A stretch of 48,701 nucleotides of DNA from Kiritimatiellia bacterium (GTDB taxonomy: Bacteria; Verrucomicrobiota; Kiritimatiellia; RFP12; UBA1067). This document shows, piece after piece, positions 46,351-48,701 of this stretch. Location: positions 1 to 48,701 of the forward strand of contig JAHBAE010000089.1 in the NCBI GenBank assembly GCA_018384485.1, written 5' to 3'. A model generated the notes under the pieces. The model saw only the letters and a program-made list of their open reading frames with translations, was not told where the DNA came from and did not search any database. Each line of letters starts with the position of its first letter. Position 1 is the stretch's first letter. The position numbers were made by a program, and so were the translations under genes.

Positions 46351-46387
46351 AGTAAGTAATTATACTTACTTTTTTCAAAAAAGTCAA
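46351..46387 (-). promoter_or_regulatory. IS promoter overlapped by an 8-bp inverted repeat
   Basis: TTGACT (46387-46382)-N17-TATAAT (46364-46359), with AGTAAGTA-ATTA-TACTTACT at 46351-46370. Confidence 0.75.
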
Positions 46388-46710
46388 TAGGGAAAATTAA
46401 CTTTTTTACAAAAAAAATCAGGAGCATCACCCAAAATTGAGTTCTGCCCCTGAAACACGAGGAAATTTCGTCAAAAACGCTTGCGACTTATTTTACATTT
46501 GGAATCTGTGAGCTGCAACACGTCCAGGCCTCAATCCATAGCCACTTTTGAAAGGCTAAACGTAATTCACGAACAGATTCCCACGTTTACCCTTTCAGAG
46601 CCACATTTAGTTTTACAAGCGGCAAGTGAATAATCTCGCAATCAAATCTGAGGGCGCAACTGTAGAATCCACCGTCGAGCATCTTGTTAAAGGAAAATAA
46701 CTTATTTGAA

Positions 46711-46779
46711 ACAACTTGTCTTTACCAGTTGTCCTAGTTGTTTCCAATCTCAATTCAAACATTCTAACATTCAAACATT
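46711..46779 (-). repeat. dispersed repeat copy 2 (inverted relative to 9754-9833)
   Basis: The reverse complement reads AATGTTTGAATGTTAGAATGTTTGAATTG AGATTGGAAACAACTAGGACAACTGGTAAAGACAAGTTGT. Confidence 0.85.
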
Positions 46780-47070
46780 AACCCATTCTCCCACTCTATC
46801 CTATGCAGTGGGGCCTGTCCCTCTCCGAGTCTTCCGCCCAAATCCTCACATACTGCATATCATACGAGAATTGACGACCACGAGGCAAAATTCTTACCAC
46901 CGCATTTTGCAAAATGCAGTGGCACCTTTCATGGACACAGTTTGCAAACTATGGCCATCGGCAATATTCGGTGCGTGGTGCGGAGTGTTAGTTTTTAACG
47001 CAGAGGAAGCAGAGTCGGAGAGTCGCAGAGTTTTCCTTTCGTTAGGAAATCTCAAAATTTAGGTCGCAAT

Positions 47071-47939
47071 TTATGGAATTAAGTCCATATCAGAGAAGTA
47101 GCGCCTAATTTTCTCAACTACTTCGACAAATGTACAGTCTTGAACTGCAAGTCGATTCTTCCTCAAGAATGCCCTCCATTGCATGATTTTCTGGTTGTCA
47201 TTTGCAAATGATTGCGTCAAACCATCTGGGATATCTTTCGGCAAAACAGTTCCCCTGCGAGCAAATGTTCGACGTATAGCCATTTTTACCGTCTCGTTCT
47301 GCAGTGATAAATCACTTGTCAAAAGCCAAAGGTCATAATAATCTTTCATTCTACTGTTAGCAACGCCTCGTTTGACAATCGTTTCAAACTTCTCCGCGAT
47401 AACAGTTTCTTTCGGATAGACTTTAATTTTAGGAGCTGAAATATCTAAGAGCGGCGGAAATATTGCCTTCTTAGCAGGCGGAGTTATCGCATCACCAATG
47501 CCAACATCAAACTGAACAGGGATACGAACAGTACCAATATAAGCTAAAAATGAAACACGCACTCCGCCGTAATCATCATCCTCACGAATTGCCCTAGACT
47601 TAACAGAATGCGAATCGTATCGAATACCGTCATCCTCAATTGTATCAAACTCTGCTAAACTCCTAAACATTTCATAAAGAGCCGCAGGATTACCCTCACC
47701 TCTAAACTCCAAGTCCGCGTCCATGGTCGGTCGATATAGTTAAAGCCTTCGCTCCAAAGAACAAAAAGTGTTCCGCCCTTGAGAATACAACGTGAAGCAT
47801 ACTCGCTTTGCTCAATGCGTTTCAGGAATCTCTCAATGGCATACCGAGAAAGAATTTCTAAATAAACTACATTGTGCGCTTTAGCAATATTTTTTAAGCG
47901 AGCCAAAACACTATCTTGTAAATTCTTTTTACTGTTCAT
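47071..47939 (-). pseudogene. abiEii: AbiEii/AbiGii nucleotidyltransferase toxin, frameshifted
   Basis: The N-part (47655..47939) has ERFL.R...LKGG. The C-part (47071..47724) has D.DL, D.G.GD.I.P, ETVIAEK and NSRMKDYYD. Deleting 2 nt from ATATA (47734-47738) restores NYRPTMDADL. Confidence 0.87.
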
Positions 47940-48508
47940 GCAAAGAACCCTTCAATATACGGAATCACAATTCGAGACACCTTATTGACCGAAGCACATT
48001 TCATAAACTCATCTACTGTAAAACGCTTATCCGAAAGCCCCTCTTTCAAAGCTGCGATTGCAATATCAAGACCGACTCGATTACGAAACTTGAAAAGATC
48101 TGCAACAGTCTTTGCCGCAGAATAAACAAAAACTTTCACGCCGTCAATGATATGCTCTTCGGCGCCATATCGGAACGCTTGATCATTAACTCTGACTATT
48201 TCAAGCGGAAATGCAACATGCGGCGAGCGAGCGCCTCTTTTCATAGCTATCCATACGGCATGTGGTGTTGCCGTTGTGAGATTATGAACCCTAAGCGCAC
48301 TTTCAAGAGTTAGAACAAACTCCGTTCCTCGTCGAGCAAGTATCGCTATCTCCATCGAACCGGATAGAGAATCTCCCACGGGCGCATAAATTCCCCTCTC
48401 AATCCGCTCAAGCCTACCTTCTTTCACAAGCAAAGAAAGTCTTTGACGCGAAATCCCATTAGACTCCGCATCCTTCACGGTAAAAATAGCATCAAAAATA
48501 TCTTTCAT
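47936..48508 (-). CDS. abiEi: AbiEi type IV antitoxin / transcriptional regulator
   Basis: wHTH GISR..LS.LV..G.LERI.RGIY, SAL..H.LT and Y...KTVAD.FK.RNRVG.D.A..AL. Likely start ATG 48508, with an ATGA overlap with the toxin. Confidence 0.9.
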   Translation of the reverse strand: MKDIFDAIFTVKDAESNGISRQRLSLLVKEGRLERIERGIYAPVGDSLSGSMEIAILARRGTEFVLTLESALRVHNLTTATPHAVWIAMKRGARSPHVAFPLEIVRVNDQAFRYGAEEHIIDGVKVFVYSAAKTVADLFKFRNRVGLDIAIAALKEGLSDKRFTVDEFMKCASVNKVSRIVIPYIEGFFA

Positions 48509-48701
48509 TGACGTAACCGAAATCAATACGAAAACAAAACGCATACAATTTATCATAAATAATGACACTTTGTCAACAACGCAAGACACATTCAAAACAA
48601 ATGGGTGCACCGAGAAATTTATGCAAGCGCCATTGATTTTCCGCTTGCTTTTTATATACGCATATACTATAATATATGCTATGCAAAACAAAAACTCTAA
48701 A

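Larger units (their letters stand above)
44492..46510 (-). mobile_element. two-ORF insertion sequence with a DDE transposase and 15-bp terminal inverted repeats
   Basis: CACAGATTCCAAATG (44492-44506) and CATTTGGAATCTGTG (46496-46510) are a perfect inverted pair. A candidate 6-bp direct repeat CAACAC lies at 44485-44490 and 46516-46521. The interior is AT-rich. Confidence 0.88.

Noticed and set aside
46040-46387. N-terminal 116 aa of the 571-aa transposase ORF
   Set aside because: It overlaps the DUF6788-like gene in another frame and starts at the -35 TTG, upstream of the predicted TSS. A frameshift fusion is not excluded, but no clear slippery site was identified.
46706-47062. 118-aa ORF, and similar small ORFs at 9780-10133
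   Set aside because: They translate through repeat elements and have no SD or protein motifs.
48509-48691. N-terminal extension of the abiEi ORF
   Set aside because: AT-rich promoter-like sequence; family similarity begins near ATG 48508.

Overview
A bacterial window in three blocks. Gene content suggests an anaerobic PVC-superphylum organism, possibly Kiritimatiellae-like (inference). (1) 1-9.7 kb is a visibly GC-rich accessory/defence island. It holds a 5'-truncated sirtuin remnant, REP-like hairpins, a TVGYGD potassium channel translationally coupled to an intact 1893-aa DUF4011-SF1 helicase-Vsr-like nuclease-DUF3320 protein (Hhe-type defence), a type III restriction Res fragment and a GH36 alpha-galactosidase. 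(2) 10-44.4 kb is mostly core. It holds rpsA-rpmB, an exopolysaccharide export locus (short OPX, beta-barrel, Wzy/ligase-like protein, Wzc with an unusual N-terminal YG-repeat, rfbB), and a clan GH-A hydrolase with a possibly degenerate beta-lactamase-like tail. It also holds a tetrameric Hnd-type [FeFe]-hydrogenase preceded by a CBS-kinase/DRTGG/PHP module, dnaG, a MoxR/DUF58/VWA operon, a CPA2 antiporter, gluQ, pncC, a flavoprotein and an ECF sigma factor. (3) 44.5-48.7 kb is AT-rich, with a two-gene DDE insertion sequence (15-bp TIRs) and an AbiE type IV TA module whose toxin has a 2-bp frameshift. Two inverted copies of a non-coding repeat (about 9.75-9.83 kb and 46.71-46.78 kb) bracket the core block plus the IS. 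Several genes appear leaderless behind extended -10 promoters. No rRNA, tRNA or CRISPR array was seen. All calls come from motif recognition by eye; no database searches were run.
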